DNA of 64,000 bases from Centroscyllium fabricii (taxonomy: Eukaryota), in NCBI GenBank assembly GCA_051313645.2, contig JBNRSN020000008.1, positions 74,400,001 to 74,464,000 on the forward strand, read 5' to 3'. Made by a program: the position numbers and the translations under genes. Below the pieces are notes generated by a model, which had not been told where the DNA came from, did not search any database, and saw only the letters and a list, made by a program, of their open reading frames with translations. Shown in pieces: positions 50,167 through 63,700 of the stretch (positions are counted from its first letter, which is position 1; every line of letters starts with the position of its first letter).

Positions 50167-51081
50167 CGGGCCCTGTTTTCCTGTGCTCCAGAAGAGCTGC
50201 ACCCCCACGAAGGGTCAGAAATGCCTCGTGGGGGTGCAGCTCGGGTGATTAGCAGAAACGTGAATTTCCTGTGCTGATGGGCAAGGGGCTTCAGCTTCCT
50301 ACCCAGGAAGACTTTGAGCTGCCGATTTCCTGTGGCAGCTGCTCAAAATGCGTGTGTATCACGTGGGCAAGTCTCTCTTCAGCTGCACATTTAAAAAGCA
50401 GTCTTAGAGGTGCTGCAGCAGCTTTGAGAAGTGGAGAAACACGTTTAAAGGTAAGGTTTTTTTTGATTCCTTTGCAGATATTTGTCTGTGGTCTTTCAGC
50501 TTTTGAATGGTAGGGTTTTTTTTGTTGGTGAAAGTGAAAAAAAAACCGGGTTTTGAACACGATGTCAGCAGCTCTGATGGCCATCACAGCGGCTTAATTC
50601 GCGTTAAAAACCTGTTTTTTTTCCACTTTCACCAAAAAAAACCCCTACCCATTTACAAGCTGAAAGACCACAGACAAATATCTGCAAAGTAATCAAAAAA
50701 AAACTTACCTTTAAACGTGTTTTTTTCACTGCCAGCAAAAAAAACCCCTAACAGCAGAAAAGGCAGAAACTTAAAAAAAACAGCTTCCTAGAAACTTAAA
50801 AAAACCAAAAAAAAGGTGCTTCCTACCCGATATTCTTTGTCCTGAGGCCGATTCTGTGCTTTGTGCGGGGGGAAAGCCGACCTCAGTGGGCGTGGCTTGC
50901 TCACAACCTACGCACAAAGCACCTCGCACCAAAAAAAAAAGACCCCTACGCTGGAAAAAAAAGCCGGCATTTTCCACAGGAAATTGCCGTCAGAAAAAAA
51001 AAAAAAAATTACGTGCGCGTGCGCCGCAGGTGCACGTGAGCGCGCACCCGCAGCAATCGGGCCACAGGAAAACAGGGCCCG
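50167..51081. mobile_element. Palindromic MITE, second copy of the 27125-28023 family
   Basis: TIRs CGGGCCCTGTTTTCCTGTG / CACAGGAAAACAGGGCCCG with AT flanks. Internal palindrome centred on GATGGCCATC (50576-50585). Confidence 0.85.
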
Positions 51082-52330
51082 ATATGTAGGCAAGAGTCAG
51101 GGGACAGTTCAATGCTACAAAATACTAAATCATTAGCAACAATTACTCACTTAGTTTTATATCTTACCTAAAACATTGAATTAAAAAACTAAATTTTGTT
51201 TGTACAGTTTAATTAACTTATTAGGATGAGCAGGTTGTTTATACACCCATCTCCTTATTCTACAGTCTCTTCATCTCTTTCTCTCTCCCTCATGATCACT
51301 AAACTTAATGCTTCCATGAAATCCACTACCTGCTCCTTGACTCTCCCACTCCAGCTCCTGACCAAACATCCCTTCTCAGTCCCATAATCACCTTCAGCCA
51401 CCTATCCTCATCACCTGGCTCTGTCCCCCACATCTTTCAAAACTCATCAAAAACATACTTTCAATGCCCTCCACCACCCAACCAACCTTCAACTATTACC
51501 CTATCTTCAACCTTTCCTTTCTAAAGTTCTGGAATGTGTTGCTGCCTTGTAACTACACTCATCTTTGTTTGAAGCCCTCCAAATCAGGTGTCTGCCCTTC
51601 TTTGTAGCACAGAAACCACACTGGTAAAATGCAACAATACCTTCCATGACTGCAACCCTTCACTTCCTTTATCCTGGGCCCCTCTGCTGTTTTCAAACAT
51701 TGGCGAGCACTCCATCCTTCTTGAACACCACTCCTCCCCAGTCCAATACCGTAGCACTGTTCCCTGTTCCCTATACTGTCGCACTATTCCCTCCTGGTTC
51801 CACTCCTACCTGCCGTACCATAGACACTACACATCCTCAAATAGTCTCTCCTTGAAAGATCACCCATGATATAACCCAGTGTTCCAACCTTGACTCCCTC
51901 TTGCCAGTTTCTGACCAGCTTGCATCTCGGCTACATTCATCTCTGCTCGGTCCAGGAAACATCCAACTGCAGCTCAGTTGGATTCAAAGCTAGCGTTCCA
52001 GAGATTGATTTTTGTAGCCCATATCATTACAGTTGGAATAAAATTAAAAAGTTTATACAATAACTTACATTTCTTAAAGCCCTCCAGGACATCTCTTTGC
52101 ACATGATGACTGTTATAGAAATGCAAGTTATTGCAAGCATTAAAAAAAAATCCTGACTGAAGTGGTCTGTTGTTGGGTACTGATGTGCATTAGTCAAGTA
52201 CTGTTTTTTTTCTCAGCACTCAGAAAGGATCGTGGTTATATACATATGTCCATAAATGAGCTGAGAGGTCATTAGCAAAGGATACATATTATTAGAAGAG
52301 GTTAAAAAATGAGGTAGATCAAATACACAC

Positions 52331-52439
52331 CTTGGTTGTAGAGTTCAACAAATCGTCTCTGATATTGGGTCAATTCAGCTCTGCTTGGTACTTCGTCAAT
52401 TTTCCGTTGCAAAACAGCTATTTCTCTATTTCGTCGGGC
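52331..52439 (-). CDS. CCDC93: CCDC93 coding exon
   Basis: 109 nt, AG/GT. Encodes [36 protein letters not shown] plus 1 nt. Confidence 0.95.
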
Positions 52440-52614
52440 CTGAAAGTATATTCACAAGTTAGCTTGGTTTCAAAAACCTCAAAACTAGATGGCCGATACA
52501 GAAACTCCATACAGGTCTGTCCATCAAGTGAGTGTACAATTTCATGCCCTGCACTGACTGATATATCAATGCTAAATGATGGAAAAACTGTTATTAACAT
52601 AAAACAATCATACA

Positions 52615-55600
52615 GTCAGAGTTATACAGCGCAGAAAGAGGCCCTTCGGCCCATCGTGTCTGCACCGGCCATCAAGCCCCATCTATTCTAATCCCATTTT
52701 CCAGCACTTGGTTCATAGCCTTGTATGCTATGGCATTTCAAGTGCTCATCTAAATGTTTCTTGAATGTTGAGGGTTCCTGCCTCTACCACCCTTTCAGGC
52801 AGTGAGTTCCAGATTGCAACCACCCTCTGGGTGAAAAAGTTCTCTCTTAAATGCCCTCTAAACCTCCTGTCCCTTACCTTGAAACTATGCCCCCTGGTTA
52901 TTGACCCCTCTACTAAGGTGAAGTTCCATTCTATCTACCCTATCTGTGCCCCTCATAATTTTGTACACCTCAATCAGGTCTCCCCTCAGCCTTCTCTGCT
53001 CCAAGGAAAACAACCCCAGCCTGTCCAGTCTCTCTTCATAGCTGAAGCGCTCCAGCCCAGGTACCATCCTGGTGAATCTCCACTGCACCCTCGCTAATGC
53101 AATCACATCCTTCCTATAGTGTGGTGACCAGAACTGCACACAGTATTCCAGCTGTGGCCTAACTAGCATTTTGTACAGCTCCATCATAACCTCCCTGCTC
53201 TTATATTCTATACCTTGGCTAATGAAGGCAAGTATCCCATATGCCTTTTTAACCACCTTATCTACCTGTCCTGTTGCCTTCAGGGATCTATGTACTTGCA
53301 CACCAAGGTCCCTGATGCTTTCCTCCTCGCTATTTACCATTCCACCAATTTTCATGTCATCTGCGAACTTACTGATCATACCTCCTACATTCATATCTAA
53401 ATCATTAATGTACACTACAAACAGCAAGGGACTCCGCACCGGTCCCTGCAGTTCACCACTGGACTCAGGCTTCCAGGCACAAAAACGACCTTCGACCATC
53501 ACCCTCTGCCTCCTGCCACAAAGCCAATTTTGGATCCAATGTGCCAAATTGCCCTGGATCCCCATGTGCCAAATTACCCTGGATCCCATGGGCTCTTACC
53601 TTCTTGACCAGTCTCCCATGCAGGACTTTGTCAAAAGCCTTACTGAAGTCCATGTAGACTACACAAACTGCACTACCCAAATCCACACACCTAGTCACCC
53701 CCTCGAAAAATTCAATCATATTGGTTAGACATGATCTCCCCGACAAAGCCATGCTGACTATCCTTGATTAATCCTTGCCCCTCCAAGTGGAGACTACTTC
53801 TGTCCCTCAGAATGTTTTCCAATAAATTCCCTACCACTGATGTTCGGCTCACTGGCCTGTAAGTCACTGGTTTATCCCTACTACCCTTCTTGAATAATGG
53901 TACTACGTTAACTGTCCTTCAGTCCTCTGGCACCTTCCCTGTGGCCATAGAGGTTCTGAAAAGTTGCGTCAGAGCCCCTGCAATCTCCTCCCTTGCCTCA
54001 CACAGCAGCCTGGGATACATCGTCAGGGCCTGGGGATTTATCCACTTTTAAGCACACTAAAACCACTAGTAACTCCTCCCTCTCAATACTAATTTGTTCA
54101 AGTATATTCACAATCCCCCAGCCTGATTTCTATGCCTACATCATCCTTCTCCAGTGAACACAGATGCAAAATATTCATTTAAAACCTCACCTACACCTTC
54201 TGGCTCCACACACACATTGCCACTTTGGTCCCTAATAGGCCCTACTCTTTCCCTGGTTATCCTCTTGCCCTTAATATACTTATAAAACACCTTGGGATTT
54301 TCCTTTATTTTGCTCGCCAGTGTTTTTTCATGCCCCCCCCCTTCGCTCTCCTAATTCCTTTTTCCAAGTACCCCCCCTGCACTTTCTATACTCCTCTAGG
54401 GTTTCCACAGCTTTTAGTCCTTTGTCTGTGTCAAAAGCCTCCCTTTTTTTCCTAATCCATTCTTGTATATCCCTCGATATCCAGGATTCCCTGGACTTGT
54501 TGGTCCCACCCTTGACCTTTACAGGAATATGTTGGCGTTGTACTCCATTTCCTTTCTGAAAGACTCCCACTGCTCTGATGTGGATTTTCCTACAAGTAGC
54601 TTATCCCAGTCCACTTTGGCCAGATCCTGCCTCATCATATTAAAAATCGGCCTTCCCCCAATTTAGAACTTTTATTTCCGGTCCATCTTTGTCCTATTCC
54701 ATGACTACCTTAAATCTCACCGAATTATAGTCACCGTCACCAAAATGCTCTCATGACACTTCTACCACTTGCCCGGCTACATTCCCTAGCATTAGGTCCA
54801 GTACTGCCCCCTCTCTTGCAGGACTTTCTACATGCTGGCTCAAATAGCTCTCCTGGATGCACTTTAAGAATTCTGCACCCTCTAAGCCTTTCACATATTG
54901 GGGAAGTTGAAATCCCCTACTATTATTACCCTATTATTTCTACACTTCTGAGATTTGCCTTCATCTCTGTTCCTCTATCTCCCCCTGACTGTTTGGGGGC
55001 CTATAGTACAATCCCAGCAAAGTGCTTGCCCCCTTTTTGTTTTTAAGTTCTATCCATATGGCCTCATTAGAGGAACCAGCTAAGATATCATCCCTCCTTA
55101 CAGCAGTAATGGACTCCTTGATTAATATTGCGACACCCCCTCCTCCTCGCCTGAAGCTTCTATACCCCAGAATATTGAGCTGCCAGTCCTGGCCCTCCCT
55201 CAACCATGTCTATGTGATAGCAACAATGTCATACTCCCATGTGTTGAACAACACCTTCAATTCATCTGCCTTACTCGCAAGACTCCTTGCATTGAAATAA
55301 ATGCCATCCAGCCGTGCCATTGTGCCGTTACATATTTGCTCTGCCTTCCAGACCGACTTGTTTTCTCCTCTATATTTGGCTGGGCATCAGCCCTACTAGA
55401 GTTCCACTCCATATCCCATCCCCCTGCCAAGTTAATTTAACCCCCCCGCCAACAACACTAGCAAACCTCCCCACAAGGATGTTGGTCCGATTCTGGTGCA
55501 ACCCATCTGACCTGTACAAGTCCCACCTTCCCCAGAAGCAGACCCAGTTTTAAACTTTGGCTAATTCTAGATTGCTTTACTATAGTTTGACATGGGTTAA

Positions 55601-56160
55601 AAGTACAAGCAAGAGGTAAGAAGTACAGCGACAGTCTGTTTAGAGATCCTTTTCATAACAATAGCTGCAGCTGCAAGATTAGGAGTCAACACAAGATGTT
55701 GACATTTAATTGGATTTTTATTGTCTCTATTCGCTGAGCATGTACGTTTAATCTTTTTGCAAGGTCTTTTTGCATTTATGTATTTGTATAAATAATTGCA
55801 GTCTCAGAGCGAGCGAGTGCTTCTGGGTTGCTATTGCTTGTGTGCAAACACTTGGGGGTCTCACAGAGTGAAGTACTGGTACTGGGTAATAAACCTTATT
55901 TTACAGTTTCGGACTGTGAATTACTGAGAAAGTGACAGACTGACCGATGTGTTTAGTCTCCTAAAGTAAGAACCCAGACCCCCAGGAGGGTGGGTCCTCC
56001 TCAGAGTGAGTGAGTTAACAATTCATCCAGGAAACTAAAGCCCTCCCTCCTGCACCAACTCTTTAGCCACACATTCATCTGCTCTATCCTCCTATTACTA
56101 TACTCACTAGCACATGGCACCAGGAGTAATCCAGCGATTACAACCTTTGAGGTCCTGCAA
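52615..56160 (-). mobile_element. Long CR1 LINE (end of ORF1, ORF2, tail), interrupted at ~55548-56020
   Basis: APE motifs (WQLNILGY, YYRPPNS), RT motifs (DFSKAFDKV, KFADD) and a CR1 tail. The ORF1 end resumes at 56021-56160. Confidence 0.9.
55548..56020 (+). mobile_element. Possible solo LTR
   Basis: About 470-bp non-CR1 insert with TATAAATA (~55787), AATAAA (~55889) and a TTAACA 3' end. No canonical TG 5' end and no target duplication seen. Confidence 0.4.
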
Positions 56161-56269
56161 TAGTCTATTGAATCATTCGAATGTACATCCGGAATCCTTT
56201 TTGATGATACATCCATAATTTAGACCCCTATCTGGAACTCAATCTTCTAGATATCATTTAATTTCATCA

Positions 56270-57437
56270 GCAAAGTGCTAGAAGGTGTTGCTGACATCAT
56301 CAATAACCTGCTCACCGATGCTCATTTTGGGTTCTGCCAGGAGCACTTGGTACCAGACCTCATTGCAGCCTGGGTTCAAACATGGACCAAAGAGCTGAAT
56401 TCCAGAGGTGAGGCAAGGCTGTCTTTACAACAAGGCAGAGTTGACAGAGTGTGGCATCAAGGAACCCTAGTAAAATTGAAGTCAATGGGAATCAGGGATC
56501 AAACTCTCCACTGGCTGGAGTCATACCGAGCACAAAGTAAGATGGTTGTAGTTTTTGGAGGTCTATCATCTCGGCACCAAGATCATCACTGCAGGAGTTT
56601 CTCAGGCAGTGTCCTCGGCCCAACCATCTTCAGTTGCTTCATCAATGACTTTCCGGCAATCATAAGGTCAGAAGTGGGGATGTTCGCTGATGACTGCACA
56701 GTATTTAGTGCCATTCGCAATTCCTCTGATAATGAAGCAGTCCAGCAAGACCTGGATGATATTCGGGGTTGGGCTGATAAGTGGCAATTAACATCTGCGA
56801 CACACAATGACAAACCCCAACAAGCGAGAGTCTAACCACCACTCCATGAAATTCAATGGCATTAGCATTGCTAAATCCCCCACCATCGACATTCTTGGGA
56901 GGTGGTGTGTAGTGTCAGAACCAGCCATATGAAATACTGTGGCCACAAGAGGTCAGAGGCTGGGTACTCTGCAGCGAGTATCGCACCTACCGACTTCCCA
57001 AAGCCTTTCCACCATCTACAAGGCACTTGCCTGGATGAGTGCTGCTCCAACACAAGAAGCTCGACCAGGACAAAGCAGCACGCTTGATTGGCACTCCCTC
57101 CATGGCTGCAATGTGTACCATCTACAAGATGCACTGCAACAACTCGCCGAGGTTTCTTCGACAGCACCTCCCAAACCTGCGATAGGAACACCATCACCTA
57201 CAAGCACCCCTCCCAAGTTACACACCATCCTGACTTGGAAATATATTGCCATTCCTTCATAGTCACTGGGTCAAAATCCTGGAACTCCCTCCCCAACAGC
57301 ACTATGGGAGTACCTTCACCATACAGACTGCAGCAGTTCAAGGCAGTGGCTCACCACCTTCTCAAGGGCAATTAGGGATGGGCAATAAATGCAGGCCTTG
57401 CCAGCGATGCCCACATCCCAGGAACAAATGAAAAAAG
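56270..57437 (+). mobile_element. CR1-like LINE of a second lineage, degraded RT plus tail
   Basis: HFGF, DRVWHQG, GSVLGPTIFSCFIND and MFADDCTV. Tail shared with 2735-3035. Confidence 0.8.
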
Positions 57438-59475
57438 GTTAGTATTGGCAGATACAAGAATTTATGTATGGCAGCATTCAAGTGCCTCAGGACTCAACAA
57501 ATGGCTGGTCAACTACTGGATCTTTGAGTCACTCAAATCTGCTTTGCAGAGTTGGAGAATGCTGTAATCATTTAAGAGGATCATACGCTGAAGTTTCTCC
57601 TAGTGAACTGCTCCAATTTAGGAAGAACCAGCACCACAATTCTTGGGTCACTGTTGAGATGAATGATGAAACCAAGACTGTTGAGGTACAGGAACTTGTT
57701 TTGTGGGGTCTCGTTAACATTCCTTCCTCAACCATCACCATTCATCTCGTTGATTTTTGTGGGATCATACGGTGTAAAAAAAATAGGTGCTGTATTTACG
57801 CAAGTGATCACTGCATTTCAAAGTGATTTACTTTATGTATCAGTAGGAGACATGCGATTTGAATATATTTTTTAAAAAACCTCCCATATAATGTACATCT
57901 TGCTTGGTAATAGTTATGTTGGAGATGAAAGTGTGACCTCAATCATCATAGCCAAGTGGACGACGCAAAGCCTTAAGTTATTACAAAATAACAAGAGCAT
58001 CATTAAAGGGATCGTTAGTTTGCCTTCCAAATGGTCAATGCTAAGAACAAGAATAGTTATACACAAACATGACCAAATGCCTCCGGATGACTAACAGTTG
58101 ACCAGTTTTCCATCGGGGATAATGTGGAGAAAATTTCTTGCTAGGCATGATGCAATTAGCCAACTTAACATCTGTAGAAGGGGAAGATTTGGGTTAGCTT
58201 TGACAAGTTAGATTTGTTTATTCTACATCAATAACTTTTGTAGTGGCAGAATGTGTTAGATTAGTTTATACAAATTAAGTGATTTTTGGGGGGTGGTGGA
58301 AATTACTGTACAGGGTACAATAAAGTGGAATTGAGAAAATACCATAATTTATGGAACATACATTTTTTAAAATCACTTTTCAGCTCCATAGAGGGCAGCT
58401 ATTTTTGGTCTCATCCACAGAACTGCTCTGCAAATGAGCAACTCCATAATCAGCATTGAGGCACACAAATTCAGTAGTTGTTGAGTACCAATGTGCATTC
58501 GGCAAGTAGTGTTTCTCAGCTTGTGCACCTTTAGATCAATTTCCTTGATATTCTATGGACTATGTCAGTAGTGAAGTGCTTCACTGTTGAGGGGAATGCA
58601 AAGAATTGCAAAATGATGGTTACATTTCCCGAAAGACTGGAGGAGATTTGTTTAACTGCAGTAATATCTACACTGCAGTTGAAAAAAATGTACTGTATAT
58701 GTATAACTTGATATTTGCCATGAATGTCAATGAAACCAGATTATACAGCAGAAAATTGGTAAATTTCAACAGCAGGATTATCTGCAGCCGTTAACCAACA
58801 GAATCTACATATTAAATCAGGAACAAATTGCAGCAAATGATTTTGCCTTGCTATCAGCTAACTTAGCACAGACCAATGATTAAATCTAGTTTTGAATGCT
58901 ATCCCACTCATACAGCAAGGATTTTCAGTACAAAAGAAAAAAATATTTGGTCAGACCACAAACTGAGAATTGTTATCTAGTTTTAGCAAGACATAAGGGA
59001 GCCATTCAAGACCTGGAAGCTCTACAGAGAACAGCCACAAGGCTAGCATCTGCATTATGAACAGAGACTAGAGAAATATGGGCTCAACCTTGAAAGGGAG
59101 GCAAATAAGCAGGAACTGGAATTATGCAAGATAGTGAACGGTGTAAAAAAATCTACAACACTGCCAAGCTTAAATTGTGACAGTAAGACGGGGACAAAGG
59201 GTCAAATTGGGAAAATGCAAATTTGAGCCGTCACAAGTTTTATTCATGCAATGATCAAGGTGTGAAAAGGGCTCTGGTACGGTAATGGAAGAAAATACCT
59301 AAAAGACAGTAGGATGTTGTGATTTTAAAAGGAGGAAGGTTTGAAGGAGAGGAAAACTAGGTTTTTCTAGATAGATAAGTCAAGATGGCCTTATTAGCAT
59401 TTGCCATTCACATTTTTATCTGAAAATATCTGATTTATATAGTCACAAAATAAAGAAATACTATTCAATTCTTAC

Positions 59476-59547
59476 CAACAACAGTCGTATTTTCTGAAGT
59501 TTTTCTCTATCTCCTTTATACTGTTGCTCTATTAATTCATTGTGTTC
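59476..59547 (-). CDS. CCDC93: CCDC93 coding exon, the most 5' one found in the window
   Basis: 72 nt, AG/GTAAGA. Encodes EHNELIEQQYKGDREKLQKIRLLL, continuing in frame into ARRNREIA. Confidence 0.9.
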
Positions 59548-60749
59548 CTAGTTAAAATTAAAACAATTTAAAGAACAATTTAAACAAACCTCTGACTGCT
59601 TTAATACACAGACCACCCTGGCACACCGTATCCATCAAATTCTTTGAAACTCTTTTTTGTAATTCAAATGATTAAACTAGAGGTAAATTAAATACACCAC
59701 TGATATTACTAAAGTATTAATTGTAGCAACAACAATTTACACATTTCCAGGACTAATAGGTCACCTTCATTTGCAGAATTTATGATGTGTAGAACCTCTC
59801 ATCCCAGGAATTCTGTGTTTTGGGAATTGGATTCTACCCTTATAGGGGAAATTTTTCTTCTCTTGAATCTGCTAACCTACTGAAGAGTCTGTCAGGAGAA
59901 ACTACCATGTACAGTATATGACTGTATTAGAAGTATAATTTAAACCAGGGAGGAAGGGAAGAATTGGCCACCACTTGGATCTTAATTCCTGTACCAGTGA
60001 GAAGGTATCAGGAATTTGAAGTAACTTGTAAACACAACATGGAGAATTAAACAATCTTGAATTGGTAGATTAGCAGCAAAACTCATTTACTTTATATTGG
60101 CGCTGCTGGTGGAATACAAGGAAAGCAGTTGGTATGGGTAACAACTGTCTAATCTGCCAGAATACAATTGTAGCAATCAATAGGTATCAATTCATTTATC
60201 AGGCTCTGATGGAGAATTCCTGGTCCAGTATTCAGATCTTCAAAATCAATATGGCTAATGCATTGAAGACATTCAATACTAATAACTGAAAAAAGTGGAA
60301 TTAAGTTATGTGAAACATTGGTTAGGCCCAATGCTCCTTTAAGCTGCACAGTCAGCTTGCATGTGTGGTATTTTGAATGGGGTCACGCACTCAAAAAATT
60401 AATGGGAACTTTGGTTAGGCCCCAGCTGGAGTATTATGGCCAATTCTGGGCACCACACTTAAGGAAGGATGTCAAAGAGTGCAGAGGAGATTTACTAGAA
60501 TGGTACCAGGGATGAAAGACTTCAGTTACACTGAGAGAATAGAGAAACTGGAGTTGATGGCCTAATGGCCTCCTCTGTGCTGTATCATTATATATGATAG
60601 CAGATGATGTAGATACTTTCATCTTTCCCATCTTTTTTAAATGATGTTAGAATCCTTTTTTGCAATTTAAAGTTTATGACTTACTAACCTGTTGTGAACA
60701 TTTCATAGTTTGTCAAGCAGTGGCAGAATTCGAGAGTGACGTCACAGTA

Positions 60750-63700
60750 CAAAAAGTGACGCCGGCGCAGGGGAAGAAGCTGATGAGCAGTGGGTGAGTG
60801 CTTTTTCTTTTCTTCAATTTTAAGTTGATTGCGTAAGGTAGTTCATAGCTAAGGTAGTTCGGGAGAGCAAGAATCTGAGTGTTTAAAAATTTGAGGTAAG
60901 TGTTTTTAAATTAAAAGTATGGCGGGGGACCTCAGTCCCGTGCGTTGCATGGCCTGCAGCATGTGGGAATTCCTAGACGCTTCTTGCAGTCAGGATGACC
61001 ACATGTGCAGTAAGTGCCAATGGTTTGGCCAACTTGAGATCCGGTTTTCGGAGCTCGAGTGTCAGCTGGAGGCAATGCGGTGTATCTGTGAGGCTGAGAG
61101 TTACGTGGATAGCACGTTTTTAGATGTGGTCACCCCGCAGCTTAAGGAAGTGCAGTCAGAGAGGAAATGGGTGACCACCAGTCAGAAGGGGGGCAGGCAG
61201 GTAGTCAGGAAAGCCCCAGAGTGCATCTCACTCAACAACTGTTTTTCTGTGTTGGAAAACAGCGAAAGTGACTGTTCCTCTGGAGAGTGCAGCCAGAGCC
61301 AAGTTCACGGCACTGTGGGTGGCTCAACTTCACAAGGGGGGAGGAGTAAGTGTGGAAGGGCAATAGTGGTAGGAGACTCAATAGTGAAGTGTGCAGACAG
61401 GCATTTCTGCGGCCGCAGACGTGACTCCAGGATGGGATGCTGCCTCCCCGGTGCCAGGGTCAAGGATGTCACTGAACAGCTGCAGGGAATTCTGAAGGGG
61501 GAGGGCGAACAGTCAGAGGTTGTCGTTCACATTGGTACCAACGACATAGGTAGAAAGAGGGATGAGGTCCTGCAACAAGAATTTAGGGAGCTAGGTCGCA
61601 GATTAAAAAGCAGGACCTCAAAGGTTGTAATCTCTTGATTACTCCCAGTGCCACATGCTAGTGAGTATAGGAATAGGAGGATAGAGCAGATGAATGCGTG
61701 GCTAAAGAGTTGGTGCAGGAGACAGGGCTTTAGTTTCCTGGATCAATGGGTCTCTTTCTGGGGAAGTGGGATCTGTACAAATCGGGCGGGTTGTACCTGA
61801 ACCGGAACTGGACCAACATTCTTGCGGGGAGGTTTGCTCGTGCTGTTGGTGGGGGGGGGGGGGGGGGGGGGTTTAAACTAACTTGGCAGGGGGATGGGAT
61901 ACGGAGTGGAGCTATAGTAGGGGGTGATGCACAGCCAAATAGAGGAAAAAACAAGTCGGTCTGAAAGGCAGAGCAAATATGTAACGCGGCACCAGGGAGT
62001 ATGGCAAGGTTGGATGGCATTTATTTTAATGCAGAGTCTTGCGAGTAAGGCAGATGAATTGAAGGTGTTGATGAACACATGGGAGTACGATACTGTTGCT
62101 ATCACAGAGACATGGTTGAGTGAGGGGCAGGACTGGCAGCTCAATATTCCGGGGTATAGAATCCTCAGGCGAGGAGGAGGAGGTATCGCAATATTAATCA
62201 AGGCGTCAATTACTGCTGTAAGGAGGGATGATACCTTAGCAGGTTCCTCTAATGAGGCCATATGGGTAGAACTTAAAAACAAAAAGGGGGCAAGCACTTT
62301 GCTGGGAGTGTACTATAGGCCCCCAAACAGTCAGGGGGAGATCGAGGAACAGAGATGTAGACAAATCTCAGAAGTGTAGAAATAATAGGGAAATAATAGT
62401 AGGAAATTTGAACTTCCCCAATATTAACTGGGATAGTCAAGAGTGTGAAAGGCTTAGAGGGTGCAGAATTCTTAAAGTGCATCCAGGAGAGCATTTTGAG
62501 CCAGCATGCAGAAAGTCCTACAAGAGAGAGGGGGTGGTACTGGAACCAATTCTAGGGAATGTAGCCGGGCAAGTGGTTGAACGATCAGTAGGAGAGCATT
62601 TTGGTAACGGTGACTATAATTCGGTGAGATTTAAGATAGTCATGGAAAAGGACAAAGATGGACCGGAAATAAAAGGTTCTAAATTGGGGGATGGCCGGTT
62701 TTTAATGTGATAAGGCAAGATCTGGCTAAAGTGGACTGGGATCAGGTACTTGTAAAAAAATCCACTTCAGAGCAGTGGGTGTCATTCAGAAAGGAAACAG
62801 AGTACAGCGCCAACATGTTCCCGTAAAGGTCAAGGGTGGGACCAACTAGTCCAGGGAACCCTGGATGTCAAGGGATATACAAGAATGGATTAGGAAAAAA
62901 TGGGAGGCTTTTGGCAGATACAAAGAACTAAAAACAGTGGAAGCCCCAGAGGAGTATAGAATGTGCAGGGGGGTACTTAAAGTAATTAGGAGCGTGAAGA
63001 AGCGGCATGAAAAAACACTGGCAGGTAAAATAAAGGAAAATCCGAAGGTGTTTTAAGTATATTAAGGGCAAGAGGATAACCATGAAAAGAGTAGGGCCCA
63101 TTAGGGACCAAAGTGGCATTGTGTGTGTAGGCTGAAAGATGTCGGTGAGGTTTTAAATGAATATTTTGCATCTGTGTTCACTATGGAGAAGGGTGATGTA
63201 GGCATAGAAGTCAGGCAGAGGGAGTGTGATATACTTGAACAAATTAGCATCAAGAGGAAGGAGGTACTAGCGGTTTTAGTGGGCTTAAAAGTGGATAAAT
63301 CTCCAGGCCCAGACGAGATGTATCCCAGGCTGCTGTGTGAGGCAAGGGAGGAGATTGCAGGGGCTCTGGCACAAATTTTCAGAACCTCTATGGCCACAGG
63401 GGAGGTGCCAGAGGACTGGAGGACAGTTAACGTAATAACATTATTCAAGAAGGGTAGTAGGGATAAACCAGGGAATTACAGACCAGTGAGCCGGACATCA
63501 GTGGTAGGGAAATTATTGGAAAAAATTCTGAGGGACAGAATTGTCTCCACTTGGAGGGGCAAGGATTAATCAAGGATAGTCAGCATGGCTGTCGGGGCGG
63601 CTCATGTCTAACCAATTGATTGAATTTTGAGAGGGGGTGACTAGGTGCGTGGCTGAAGGTAGTGCAGTTGATGTATTCTACATGGACTTCAGTAAGGCTT

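Noticed and set aside
53540-53590. ~28-bp tandem duplication inside CR1
   Set aside because: An ordinary slippage duplication in a dead element.
33778-61870. Long poly-G runs (~33778, ~49749, ~61851) as functional G-quadruplexes
   Set aside because: Simple homopolymers, mostly within repeats; lengths are unreliable in assemblies and nothing supports a function.
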